From: Eledone cirrhosa
Lineage: Eukaryota
DNA: 64,000 nucleotides
Assembly (NCBI GenBank): GCA_964016885.1
Contig: OZ024750.1
Span: 50,406,001-50,470,000 of the forward strand
Direction of reading: 5' to 3'
Shown here in pieces: positions 1 to 13,529 of the stretch; the stretch's first letter is position 1; each line of letters starts with the position of its first letter. Position numbers and translations under genes: made by a program. The notes under the pieces were generated by a model. It did not search any database and had not been told where the DNA came from. It was given only the letters and a program-made list of their open reading frames with translations.

Positions 1-480
1 AGAAAGACCCACTTAAAGATTAAAGAGGTAGAAAAGCCATAAAGTGGTAGAAAAGTCATATGGTACAACTACCATAAAATCACTGATCAGCAAAACATAC
101 CCCTTTAAGAAAACCCTCTGTACTAATAGGAAATGTGTTATATGTAAAGTAAACCCCCAGATAAACTGTAAAACTAGAAATGTAGTCTATAGCATAAGAT
201 GTAGATAGGGTACTTCCAGAGACATGACAACAACATATATACATAGGCGAGACAGCTCGAGGCATAGGAGAAAGAATAGACCAACACTAGGGGGAATTAA
301 AAGGACGAAAAAATGGTTCAGTACTATACGAACACGCCAGACAACAACATGACGGTAACATAGTCAACATAGAAATAAAAATAATATCTAAACAAACAAA
401 TGACCCAGCAGATAGGCAGATCAGAGAGGCAAGCGAAATAGAGCTTGGAAAGACAAAGCTAAACAGAAAGAATGAATAGA
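1..480 (+). mobile_element. Penelope-like element, decayed Cys-rich linker + GIY-YIG endonuclease (3' end of ORF)
   Basis: Manual translation: CTNRKCVICK..NCKTRNVVYSIRC..YIGETARGIGERIDQH*..SVLYEHARQQH..DRQIREASEI..LNRKNE*, with stops and a frameshift; Neptune/Naiad-like architecture. Confidence 0.85.
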
Positions 481-763
481 ATAACAACAACACCCAAATA
501 AACAATACTGACTCAAGAGAAATATAAATAAATAAATATATATATATATATATACACAATAACAACAAACACATATAAACACACACTAGTAAACTAAAAT
601 AGAATACAATAACCAAAACAGAGTCACCCAAACGCGAACACACACCAAACACTATACACACACGCAAAGGCATGCACAGAAAAGAAGACAAAAATAAATA
701 AGTAAATAAACAGATAAGATAAAAATGGCGTAGACATACAATACAACAGGAGGAACATAATAG

Positions 764-807
764 TACCACTGATGATTTTGCAGATGTGCAACGAAAGAAC
801 TTTGTTA
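764..807 (+). ncRNA. Minimal type I hammerhead ribozyme downstream of the Penelope ORF (degenerate stems I/III)
   Basis: tacca CTGATGA tt ttgca-gatg-tgcaa c GAAA gaac TT tgtta. Confidence 0.6.
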
Positions 808-1001
808 GACTATATACTGTATATATGTGTTTTAATCTGTATTTTTGAACGTTGTTCTGTCAATGATAAACATTGAGAACCAAATGAATTAACTGATATG
901 AAAGATACAGAAGCGAAAATCAACCAAACTGTGAGAGTGTTCTGTTATTATTTCTGGCAGTAGTATTACAACAATATGACCCTCCCCATGTATAACAATA
1001 C

Positions 1002-1059
<58 letters not shown>

Positions 1060-1207
1060 ATGTATATATTAAATGAAGTATACATATCTAGACGCGTATA
1101 GATACAAGTATAGATGTATGCATACATACATATAGGGTGTCCAATATATATATGTATATAAATATATATATATATATATATATTTCGTTTCTGAATTTGT
1201 TTAGCAA

Positions 1208-1340
1208 GATCCTTGAGCAAGACACTTTATTTCACGTTGCTCCTTCTACCTGGAGTTGCGACCGATAGATAATATTAGAAATTGGAAAGACCAACGGAAA
1301 CATTGTTCCCTCGGTCCGATTTGACGAAAGTCGATCGTTC
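1208..1340 (+). mobile_element. SINE fragment (family 2)
   Basis: ccttgagcaagacactttatttcacgttgctcc motif shared with copies at 20.9 kb and 33.9 kb. Confidence 0.6.
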
Positions 1341-1342
1341 CT

Positions 1343-1383
<41 letters not shown>

Positions 1384-1546
1384 TATACATATACACACAT
1401 ACACGTACATACATATACATACGTACACATAGAAATATACACAAGCATAAACAGACACACACAAATATACATATATATATATATATTACATACACATGTA
1501 TATATATATATACATATATACACAAATATATACACATATATATATG

Positions 1547-1582
<36 letters not shown>

Positions 1583-1612
1583 CACATACTGACACACATA
1601 TATATATACATA

Positions 1613-1647
<35 letters not shown>

Positions 1648-2369
1648 GTATACATATATATATGTATAAATACGTACATACATACACTACTAAATATACA
1701 CATACACACACACACATACATGTATAAAAATGAAGTATGCTCTACCCGTGGAAAAAGCAGATAGGTATGAAGTACTTATATAACCATAGTGCCGTGTTTC
1801 GGTTCGAGAGGGGGGAGGAGGAGGGGGGAAGGAGGTGGAGGGGGTATTTTGTCGAGTAGGGTTTTAAAAAGAAAAAGAAAATATTTTTAGACATCTGGCA
1901 TCAACACTGCTTAATGTTTTTCTGCATGCAATTCGGGCAGTGTTCACCCTTATTTCAGTGTTCATCCTTATTTCAGCCTTAAAGAATTAGCTCATAAAGA
2001 ATTTCCCTTAACGTTAAACCAACGAACCCCACCCATCCTGTAGACACCTGACTTACAGGTATTGCTAGTTTAAGAGATAAACAAGGATTGGTATTCCAAT
2101 TTGAATTTGTTTACAGTATTCTTTCTGCCTTTGTTAATATTATAGCTTTAAAGAATTAGCTTTTAATGAACTCATTTTTCTTTAAATCCATCAACCAATC
2201 ATCTCCCCCCATCCCAACCCCCACCCTCTCCAACCACCCGAAAATAAAAAAATAAAAAAATAAAAAATTATAAAAATATAAATTCCACCACATTTACTTG
2301 AACAGCCAGCTTCCTGGTGATTTCTCATGAATGAAACAGTTCTAGTCATGTAGAAGCTTTTCTATATTG

Positions 2370-2416
<47 letters not shown>

Positions 2417-2419
2417 GCA

Positions 2420-2752
2420 GTTATATGTAATTTGTTGGGATTCAACAAGCCTAAAAGTTTTATAACTGATATAAAGCACTCAACAATTAACTGGAGTAAA
2501 TATTCAATATATTAATAAATGGAAACGATATTTATATAACCATAATGAATTTGTTTACCAAGATTCTTTATCTGAAATCGTGTGGCAACATGACCCTTCC
2601 AAAGCATAATTATTTTATTATTTATATTTCAAGGGCAACCAAGCCAATTTTGGTGCCCTTTTATCAGATAAAATACAAAATATGTTTTGTAAATGTTGAC
2701 ATACCCATAGAAAAACAACCTTGACGTTTGAAGATTCGCTGGATAGCAGAAC
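2420..2752 (-). mobile_element. Non-coding HHR-bearing element, family A, between (TA)n tracts; HHR 2611-2675 with G8A core
   Basis: Minus: tattttat CTGATAA aagggcacca..tggttgccctt GAAA tataaa TA ataaaata; homologous to 3440-3870, 19690-19905, 25940-26200. Confidence 0.7.
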
Positions 2753-2772
2753 CATTATATATATATAATAAT

Positions 2773-2960
2773 AATTGTTTCTACTTTAGGCACAAGGCCA
2801 GCAATTACCCAGTGCATTACTGGTACTTTATTTTATCGACCTCGTAAGGATGAAAGGCAAAGTCAACCTCGGCTGGATTTGAACTCAGATCGTAAAGAGA
2901 CGTAACTATGCTGGAAAGCATGACGTCCGACCCTCTACCGATACTGCCAATCCACCGCCC
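2773..2960 (-). mobile_element. tRNA-derived SINE (family 1, octopus-type)
   Basis: B-box gagttcaaatcc, actttgcctttcatcct..gtcgataaaataaagtaccag body, ATT tail; five further copies in window. Confidence 0.85.
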
Positions 2961-3330
2961 TAATAATAATGATAGTATTTATAGTTACGTATACACCTTA
3001 TACAACTATAAACAGGAACGGTCAATAATTTATTACTACCTTATTACCAGTAAGAAAGATATCTCAATGTAAATACCTCAGATGTTTCACATGGCATAAT
3101 TTTAATTATTGTACAATACTATTGTAATATATGACGCATCCACTCCACTCTGTAAATACGAAACTGTTGTTGACAGCATTAATATCCATGTATCTATATG
3201 ATTGTTCGGTTTAATAGGAGGTTACCTATATGTACAAACATTGCTACTTCTCCGATGACACCAAACGAAAGTTTGGAAGAAACGACTGTCAGCAATAAAA
3301 TGATCTGAACATAACTTTGATTATTGTGTA

Positions 3331-3870
<540 letters not shown>

Positions 3871-4300
3871 ATATATATATATATGAGTGTATGAGTCTCT
3901 ATGTGTTTGTATGTTTTTATGTGTTTACTGATATATATTATCCAGATTTTAAGAAATACATTATCGGCATCTGCATTATAAATTATTAAATAAGATGTTC
4001 AAATCTGATTTGTCTCTAAACAGGATAGGAATGAAATTTGAAAATATCGTAAAATCGAACGTCTATAAAATGTTTAAGAAAATAGAATCAGAAAAAATCT
4101 TTTAAATTCATTGAATTTTATGATGAAAATATTCTGTGAAAAAATATTGCAAAATAATTTATTGATTTCTACTGGATATAGTAAACGAAAGTGTATTTTG
4201 AACGAGTTCGGTCTTTTAAGTAAATCTTGATGAAGTAAGAATAAAATTTAAGTTTATATATTATATAATACATATAATACACACATGAGCTTACCCGCAA

Positions 4301-4362
<62 letters not shown>

Positions 4363-5028
4363 TTATATGTGTATATGTGTGTATGAGTGTGAATATAAAT
4401 ATATGTAAATCAATAATCATAGCCAACCAACTGTGCTGTAAACAATCATAAGTAATCCATGTCTAGGGTATCATTAGCTATTTCGTATATGGTATCAGAC
4501 GTAGTATGCAAATTAAGAAAGAATAGGCACTCTTTTATATTGAACTTCCTTTTATTATCATTACATCACAACTGTTAGTTACATTTCAAAAGCATAAAAT
4601 GTCATTATGTAATTGATATTTGATATGTTCTCAGGCACATGCTGAATATGTAAACACTGTTTTGTTGTGTATTTTTTTTTATATACGCCTGCTATAATTC
4701 AGAATGGTCACATTCCTTCGACTGCAGGCATCAAAGAAAAAAAGGAAAAACAAAACTTTGTTTATATTTCCGCCACATGTCTGAGGAATCGATTAGTTAG
4801 GACATTTTAATGCCTTAGAAATGTACATAGCATATGTATTACCTTTGATAACTTTGATAGGTTTCGGCCAGTACTAGCCCAAGCCATGTCTAACTTAACA
4901 GCACCCCCTGTGATGTAAGGAAAATAAACAGAAATTGAATACCTAAAACTGTTTATCTTGTTTGTTAAATATATAAATACACACATACACACATTCACAA
5001 ATACACACATACACGCACACACACACAT

Positions 5029-5064
<36 letters not shown>

Positions 5065-5172
5065 GCGCACACGCACACACACACACACACATACACACAT
5101 ATATATATAAGCGGACGTAAGCCGATGATGGTGATGATGATATATTATATATATAAATATATATATATATAT

Positions 5173-5262
5173 AAAATAAACCAAAGAAGCCTTCAATACA
5201 TCAAAAGTCTTTATTAGCCAACAATGACTTTTGATGTATTGAAGGCTTCTTTGGTTTATTTT
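5173..5262. repeat. Hairpin / short inverted duplication next to (TA)n
   Basis: aaaataaaccaaagaagccttcaatacatcaaaagtc ... gacttttgatgtattgaaggcttctttggtttatttt. Confidence 0.8.
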
Positions 5263-5365
5263 CATAATTCTTCGGCTCTGTTTAATTACATTGAGCTATA
5301 CCTTTACTGTCATTTCTATAATATGAAGAGGGTGTTTAACTCCAACACACTCTAGTATTTTAATT

Positions 5366-5416
<51 letters not shown>

Positions 5417-5429
5417 ATATATATATAAT

Positions 5430-8400
5430 ATCATCATCACCATTTTGCGTCCGCTTTTTGCTGCTTGCAAGGGTGGGACGTGTCCTATTTAGCACACCAT
5501 TTCTCCATTCGTCACATTCCCTCGTTATTTCCTTTGTGAGCTTCAACGATTTGAGGTCAGGTCTCACCACCCATGGTTTTCGTGGTCTTCCTCTTCTGCG
5601 TCTTCCTTCCACCGGGATTTCTTGACAATTCTTCACCCAGCGAACATCTTCCATGCGCATCACATGGCCATACCAAGCATTGACATTGCACATCCATCGG
5701 AGCGTGCTTCTTTAATTTCTCTCTAGCCTTCACATATCCGCCGCATCACATGGCCATACTAATGCATTGACATTGCACGTCCATCGGAGCATCCTTCCTT
5801 AATTCCTCTCTAGCCTTCATATATCCTCCGCAGTTGCTACCCATATCTCACTACGATGCAACATCGAGCATCTAACGCAGGCATCATACAACCGAGCTTT
5901 CGTTCGTAGGGAGAAACCCTTCGTTCTCAGAAGAAGAATCAGTTCTCTAAACTTCTTCCATCCTGTACTTATTTTAGATATTATGACCTCGGAGCATCCT
6001 CCTCCCTTGCTAATCAGCTCACCTAGATATCGGAAGCTATCAACCACCTCTATAGATCCCACCTGCATTTAAAAAAATGTGCTTATCACTGACACTACTC
6101 TCAATTTTCCCTGAACTACATGTGAAATTTTCCCCTCGTGTTAGTTTGCCTGCTATCTCACTATACATCTGGTGTACCCAAGATCCGCATCGTGTACATT
6201 CTATAGAGTTTACGTCAACTCCTTTTCTACATATCGAATATGGTCATTTCCCTGACAAAATCAGAGTTTTGTCCTCTTTTCTACTTATCAACACTTTTTG
6301 GTTTGCTAGGTTCACTCTCAGTCCTCTTTATTCCATAGACGGAATTTATTCTCTAGCTCCTCTACTGATTCTGCTATAAGTACCAGATCGGCATCATAGA
6401 GAAGTTCCCATGGGCAGCCAGTCTTAAACTCCTCTGTTATGGCTTGGACAACTATAATGAATAAGAGTGACCTGAGGACCAAACCTGATGTACATCTACT
6501 TGTATCTGGAATTCCTCACTAAACTCCTTTCCTACTCTCACTTTACCGACAGCACCCCTGAACATAGCTTGCACTGTCCTCACAAACCATTCTTCAACAC
6601 CTAATTTCCTTAGGGACCATCAGATGACACATCGGGGTACCTTATCAAAGGCCTTCTCTAGGTCAGCAAAAGCTTAATATAGTGGCTTATTCTACTCTAA
6701 TAACCTCTCTTGTAGTTGTCCCACTAAGAAGAGGACACCTGTTGTACATTTCCCGGCACAAAACCAAACTGTATCTCATCTAATTTGACACTTTCTCTAA
6801 TTAGTTCTGCTAACACACTTTCTGTCACTTTCATAACCTGATTCATCAGTGTTATGCCCCTATAATTGCTCTTCTCCGGAGCATCCCCTTTACTTTTGTA
6901 GCAATTTACAAGAATACTGCTACACCAAACTTTGGGCATGACTCCGCCATATATAACTTGATTGACTCCACCATATATAATTTGAACCAGTTTAGTTCCT
7001 ACTGCTGATCCCTTCAGCATCTCAGCAACTATCCCTGATGGTTCAGCGACTTAACCATTTACCGTTTCCTTAATTGCCTATTTGACCCTATATTCCTCAA
7101 CCTCAATAGCTGGTTCTCTGTTGGATATGTTGACGGGTAGTTCCTTTTCTCCCATTTATTCTCAAAATTCATTAGTCTTTCATAATGACATTTCCGGGCC
7201 TCCTTTTTCTGAGCATCAGTGACGCACTGGGCATCGGCATAATTTCGGAGACACTTATCTCCAACAACATCCTGATTTACACTGACACACTGCCTTGCAA
7301 TGCGGAACACCTCACGTCTCTGATCCTCTTGTCTCTGTACATTGGCAAGCCTCTCGTTCTCAGCTTCCCTGCTTGCTAAATATACCTGACGTCTAGCCTC
7401 TCTTTTAGCGGCTCAGTATCTGTCTCTACACCCTACCCATTTTCTAATCCTTCTATGCTTGTCTGTTGTCTTTAATAGCTCTATCTACCGTGTTGTTCCA
7501 CCACCAACTCAGCCTCTATCTGGCTGGAGCTTTGCTCCAGCCACAAATCTCTTCAATTTCATGCAGTAGGTTGTCTCGTAAAAACTTCCAGTTATCTTCT
7601 ATCTCATACAATTCTAATTCGTCTTCTTTCTCGTCATACACATCTTGAAGGTCTTTCCTGAATTTATATTTAAGTGAAAGGTTTTTAGCTTACCTTCCTG
7701 TGTATGTCATTCTGTCTCTTGCTTATCGAGATGTCACTAATGATTAATCTATGCTGAGGGTACATTCTTCCCCAGGGTATGCCTTAGTATTCGAAACCAT
7801 CTGTCTGTCTCGTTGCCTAATTAGCAAGAAATCAATCTGACTTATGTTTCGCCTGATTGGTAGGTTATTAGGTGATTGGCAGATTTCCTGAAATTAGTTT
7901 TGCAAATGGTTAGTTCACTTGCATCATAAAATTCAAGAAGCCTCCCTATTTCTTCCTTTCTTGAGCCATAAACATGGTCACTATGTACCCCATTGTATCC
8001 ATCATGGAGCTGTCCAATATGACCATTGAAGTCCCTGCTAGTATGAATAGGTGTCTGTCCTCTTTCACTATGGGTGTCTGTTCTAGTTGCTCATAAAAGC
8101 AGTCCTTCTCTTCTTTAACTAGGCCCACTTACGGCAGCATAGGTCTGCAGTCTATTGCCTACAACTAATCTAATCTTAATGATTATATTATTTATACTAA
8201 CTACCTCTATTGTCTTGTTAATCCACTTCTCTGCCAGTAAAATGCCTACCCCACCTAACCCATCATCGTTTCCTACCCAGAAAAGCTTATAGCTAAGATG
8301 TTTGTATGCGATTAGTCTTGCTGAGGCACCTCTCCATCCCACCTCTTGCATGCAGCACACATCCAAATATCTTCTCTCTAGCATCTCCACTATCTCACCA

Positions 8401-8460
8401 GATCTAACTCTCATGGTGCCAACATTAAGTGTGGCAACCCTGAGATGATTCCTCGTTGAT
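5430..8460 (-). mobile_element. RTE-clade LINE, near-complete but frameshifted (APE endonuclease + RT)
   Basis: ORF pieces: DVCCMQEVGWRG..GVGILLAEKW (APE), NYRGITLMN..QFGFVPG (RT), FRYLG, WYGHVMRMED..RGRPRKPW; ~86 bp internal tandem duplication near 5660-5830. Confidence 0.92.
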
Positions 8461-8996
8461 TCTTCTTTTTTCTCTGCAAAGAAAAATATCTAAAATCATT
8501 ATCCTCATTATTATTGCAATTGTTGTGCAATTGCTTGATGAGGGTTCTTGCACATGGCCACACTAGCAACCCCACTACCGTGCGCAGTCCTAACATGGTT
8601 GGTGTTATTACTGTTATTGCTATATTTGTATGTTGTGCTCATAATTTTGGCATTATATACTGGTTGGATGTCCTTCCTATAACACCAACACCCCTTTACA
8701 GCATGGATTGAGGGCTTTTATTCGTGCCACCAGCACTAGAGACGTTGTGTCAGGGGTCTTTTATGTGCCCTCTCTACCCCATTCTTTGGCATGGTTTTTA
8801 ATGGATGTATGCCACTTCCATTTCCTCCATTTTACTGCATGGACCGGGGGATTTCATTCATGCACTAGGAATGTGGTTTTACTGAAATTAGGAGCCCTCT
8901 CCACCTCACACCAATTTATTCGGAGTGGTTGCTCTCCTAGACGGGTTGCCTACACTACAGCTTACGGAGCCTCCGTCCGCCCCGTCACACGCACGT

Positions 8997-9082
<86 letters not shown>

Positions 9083-9236
9083 CTCTTTTACCTGTTTCAG
9101 CCATCCGATATATATTGAACAAATTGACAGGCTTAGAATAACTCTAGAAATAGCACCCCAAATTCCGACTAAATCTACACAACTATGAAGGATATATAAT
9201 ATGCGTACATATACATATGTATATATATATATATAT

Positions 9237-9570
9237 ATATATAAGAACAAAAGATGGTTAAAGGAGTTCCATGTATTTTATTATGCGCATTTCAAAAACA
9301 AATATCATCATGCAATAATATTTGTGTTTTCATCAGATAAAACAGGAGGACATGATATGAAGGTTAAAAAACACTTGTGGATAGTTCAGTTTTAAATCAA
9401 CGTATGTTGATTTAAAACTGAACTATCCACAAGTGTTTTTTAACCTTCATATCATGTCCTCCTGTTTTATCTGATGAAAACACAAATATTATTGCATGAT
9501 GATATTTGTTTTTGAAATGCGCATAATAAAATACATGGAACTCCTTTAACCATCTTTTGTTCTTATATAT
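9237..9570. mobile_element. Perfect ~165-bp-arm palindrome carrying two intact HHRs (9275-9343 minus, 9464-9532 plus)
   Basis: Symmetry centre 9403/9404 (caac gtat gttg); plus arm: gttttat CTGATGA aaacacaaatat..atatttgttttt GAAA tgcgca TA ataaaat. Confidence 0.88.
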
Positions 9571-9659
9571 TATGTATACTCCAGTCCTACAAACTGTAGA
9601 GTGCTTCTTATCCGATATCTGCATTGCTTTATTGTACTACAATAAAACTCACCTCCTAC

Positions 9660-9703
<44 letters not shown>

Positions 9704-10469
9704 CTGTGTATGTGCATGTATGTGTGTGTGTCAATAGAGCCTTTATAGTGGTGATATTGCAACAATGAAATTCTCAACCATATATTAAATGTTTACAGTG
9801 TTAGTTACGTATGAAATGACATGATTGATGTAGTGAACATACGTAATGACTGAACGAGTCAACTACTGCAATAGTTTCGTGTTGGGGGGAGGGGGGGTGT
9901 TTTTGAAAACTTAATTGAGAACTATGTTTACACGGCTTCGTTGTTAAGCCCGCATCTCCTGTCGTGTGTGTGTGTGTGCGCGTTTATATTCATATATATG
10001 GATATGTGTGTAGAGAGAGAGAGAGAGAAAGCGAGAGAGAGAGAGAGAGAGAGCTAGAGAGAGAAAGAGAGAGAAGGGGAGAGAATGAGAGACTAATAGA
10101 TATACTAATGAGCCAAAGTAATGTCTATGTCTGATAATTTAGTTGGCTTAAACTAAGCAAGTCGTCTGTTGTTTCCTATCACATTGACACTTTAACAAAT
10201 TCTGAGGAAGATAGATAAATATAGTTAACAATTTTGCTTCTGGCTATTAGCAATAATCTAATTGACATCTCAATTAATTAACTATTAATACTTTCAGTTC
10301 TAACAGATTATAACAAAAGGTCTCTCAAATAAACACGATGGAAATTTGCCACTAGTGATTGATTGAGTCAGCTTCTCTGATTAAATATAAGATGCGATTT
10401 GTTTAGAGTCTATATTTATATATTATTGTCACTTTATGTTTATACTTATATATTATCGTCTCTGGGCTT

Positions 10470-10770
10470 GTGTTCATGAAAACGAATATCGCTTAATCTG
10501 TGGGAATGGCAGTACCCATGATTCTTTCCAGGGCTTGGAACATAAATGAAATAATCGTCAATATAGAGTACTAGACTGAAGTCTTGCAAAGGAGGGACTT
10601 TGGCTGGCGCAAACCAACGGTCATTAGTGGACAATAGATTATTTCCCGAAACCAAGAACAGTATCGTTCTCGGCGATATTTTTCCAAAGTGTTTTCATCT
10701 ACCAAAGTTGTGTTGCTAGTTTTTATTCCTCCGTATTGCAGTCATTGACCTGTCACCACAACGGGGCTTC
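10470..10770 (-). mobile_element. Highly decayed Ty3/Gypsy reverse-transcriptase remnant
   Basis: Frames give SPVVV.., ..LMTVGLRQ (cf. MPFGLRN) and LQDFSLVLYIDDYFIYVPSP (YxDD) in the expected order. Confidence 0.5.
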
Positions 10771-11151
10771 CCTATCAATATATTTATTTGATTATATCGA
10801 GCCTATTATGTAACTTCTAATTAATTTTTCTGAGGACGAAGAAAGGAAAATTTGAATCGTCATAGATGGACACAGACAAATCAGATTCTCAAACTCTTTC
10901 CGACCGATCATGTTGATACATGTACAAACTGAATCAGGCTGTCACACACCAACAGACACAGGCATACACACACCCACACACCCACACACCCACGCACCAC
11001 ACACATGCACAAACACACAAGTGTAGTGAGGCTGAACTCGGAACACCATCTTCCGAAACTTTGTATTATAAAAAATCCATCCATGCCTTTAAAACCATAT
11101 ACACTATTCTAAATTTCCCAGCTTGACATGTTTTATTATTTATTTACTCTT

Positions 11152-11375
11152 AGGCAGTGGATGGACCGAATCAGTAGAGCGTCGGACACCATGCTTCTCA
11201 GCATAGAGTTATGGCCCTTTGCATTATGTGTTCAAATACCACCGAGGTTAACTTTGCCTTTCATCACAACGGGGTCGATAAAATAAAGTATCAGTAATGC
11301 ACAATGGTCGATTTAATCGACTTTCATCTCTCCCCAGAATTGCTGGCCTTGTGCCTATATAAGATATCATTATTC
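11152..11375 (+). mobile_element. SINE family 1
   Basis: Same body as 2773-2960. Confidence 0.85.
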
Positions 11376-12315
11376 ATTTACTCTAATATTTGTGAGATCT
11401 CGATCCTCCATGTTGCAGTCATTAAACTCGAGCTATATTGAGTCCTACCTTACAAAGGCTTTAGTTGACGATACAACACAGGCATTGTTTGTTTTCTCTT
11501 ATTAGTAATACAGATGTAAAAACAAACAAAAATATCCATAGGAAATAAATGAATATGATTACATATGTCACATGTTAATTGTATTGCATATTCCGACATG
11601 ACTATTGGTAATTACTTATATGATATACATGGACGATATTCCCTTAGGTTCGTGTTCAATGTTCTTCTATGACTCTTAAAACTAGCTTTATACCTAATTA
11701 TATCTTACATTTGTTTGATTGTCTAATCCAGTTCCATTAATATTAATGGAATGACATCAATCGTCGTCGTTTAAACTACTTCAGGAAATAACCTAACAAT
11801 TTGATAAGACCAATGATCAAGTATTTGGTGTACGACAAACTTGAGATAATATCTTTCCAAAGCTGTTTCGACGTCTTCAGAATTACTGTTTAGTGAAAGC
11901 AGCATTGATACGATGGAAGCAAATGAAATCCAAATATTTATTTAGTTTTGCTCATTAATCGATAGTATGTTCAATGCAACGTGTAAGTTCCTTCTGAATC
12001 AATCAGTTGTGTATGTTTAACGTAGAGAAATGCAATAACGTAAAACTGTGCTTTTATTACTTCATCGAGGCACAGCTGGTTATATTGACAAATAGATCGA
12101 TGATCTGTCCCTCAATTCTGATCATGTTGTAACTCTGATTAAGAAATATATCACTCACTGATCCACTGCACCTGTTACAGCTATATTAAGGCAAGTAACG
12201 TTTTCTTCACTCTTATAAGACACTTTACCATTAAATAGTATTATATAATTGTTTCGGTGAACTGAAGTTCTGAGCTAAAATTCTAACATATATTGGGAGG
12301 TTAACTTTCACAATT

Positions 12316-12368
12316 ACAAGGGTCGGCTGAAAAGTTCTGGTCAGCCTATGAACTTTTCAGACGATCCA
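12316..12368. mobile_element. Mini-MITE made of mariner-type TIRs
   Basis: tacaagggtcggctgaaaagttc ... gaacttttcagacgatcc inverted pair. Confidence 0.55.
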
Positions 12369-12887
12369 CACAGAGTTTATTTATTTTCATCAACATGTGT
12401 GTAATATATGACCCCTTATTAGACGTTTCCAGCGGACCTGATAATATTCCACTGCAGACAATTGTACACGCACACCGAGAGAGTCTATAAACCATGTGCA
12501 CCGTCGCTATTTCCAGAGATTATCAATGTATTGACCTATATATTAGTTAAAATTACTCACGATAATCAAACATGAAGCAATTTGAAATCATACATACATC
12601 AGAATATGTTAAAAACATCTACCTAATATTTTTGTAAACGAAATGATAATGTTATTATATGCAATAACTGCTTGTGACGTAACGTTTTCTTCATTTACCT
12701 ACCTAAACTTAATCTCGTTACGTATTGGTAAAATAATTATTTTATTGTTGAGTGATCAATAATTATTTTGTGATTCAGTGAATACCAGGTGAGTTAGGAG
12801 TGTGAAACGATATTTAGTTCATGCTATAAAAGAAAAAGTTAAATTATGCAATATCTGCTGAAATTAAAGTACATAGCTTGATATAAT

Positions 12888-13093
12888 TGATGGATTGGCA
12901 GTATCGGTAGAGGGTCTGACGCCATGCTTTGCAGCAAAGAGATACGGCCCTTTATTGTCTGAGTTCAAATCCCGCCGAGGTTAACTTTGCCTTTCATCCT
13001 TACGGGGTCGATAAACTAAAGTACCAGTAATACACTGGGATAATTGATAGCCCTGTGCCTATAGTAGAAATCATTATTCATATTATTATTATT
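12888..13093 (+). mobile_element. SINE family 1 with ATT tail
   Basis: Same body as other copies. Confidence 0.85.
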
Positions 13094-13094
13094 G

Positions 13095-13520
13095 CGTTAT
13101 TCCGTTTAGCTCAGTCATGTTTCTCTATTGCCAGGTCCAGGCCTTGAACCTAGGGCAATAGAGGTTTTCATTGTAGAGAGAGAACTCATCTGAGAATGTG
13201 TGCTGTTCCTAGTAGCCTGATCTTCTGTAGCTCATAGTTGCTGATCTTGCAGGGAAGGACACTAAGATGCAGGTCTCAGGATTTGAGTATTAATCATAAT
13301 GCTCCTATTACCACAGGGACAGTGTTTGTGGTCATCCTCCACATACAGTTGATCTCTATTTGCAGGTCTTTAATTCTTGACAGTTCAGTCCATTGTTTTT
13401 GTAGTTATATTCTTGTCAGCTAGTACAGAAATATCTATAAGGTTACATGTCCGATCTGTATTGTCTTCAACAATGATATCTGATCTGTTGGCAGCGGTTT
13501 CTCGGTCAGTTATCTCAGGC
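13095..13520 (-). mobile_element. R4/Dong-like non-LTR element, 3' RLE endonuclease fragment
   Basis: ANRSDIIV..LIDISV..DLQIEI..VPVVIGAL..ELQKIRLLGTAHILR; 3' end abuts (ATT)n. Confidence 0.75.
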
Positions 13521-13529
13521 AGAAGTCTT

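Noticed and set aside
966-1764. YIYIYI / THTH / CVCV / LSLS ORFs here and throughout the window
   Set aside because: Stop-free translations of dinucleotide microsatellites
5318-5362. HHR-like ATGAAGA gggtgt..acactc
   Set aside because: C3 and GAAA both missing; too degenerate
11650-12000. Coding-looking stretch (ETALERYYLKF on minus)
   Set aside because: Stops in all frames, no recognisable family
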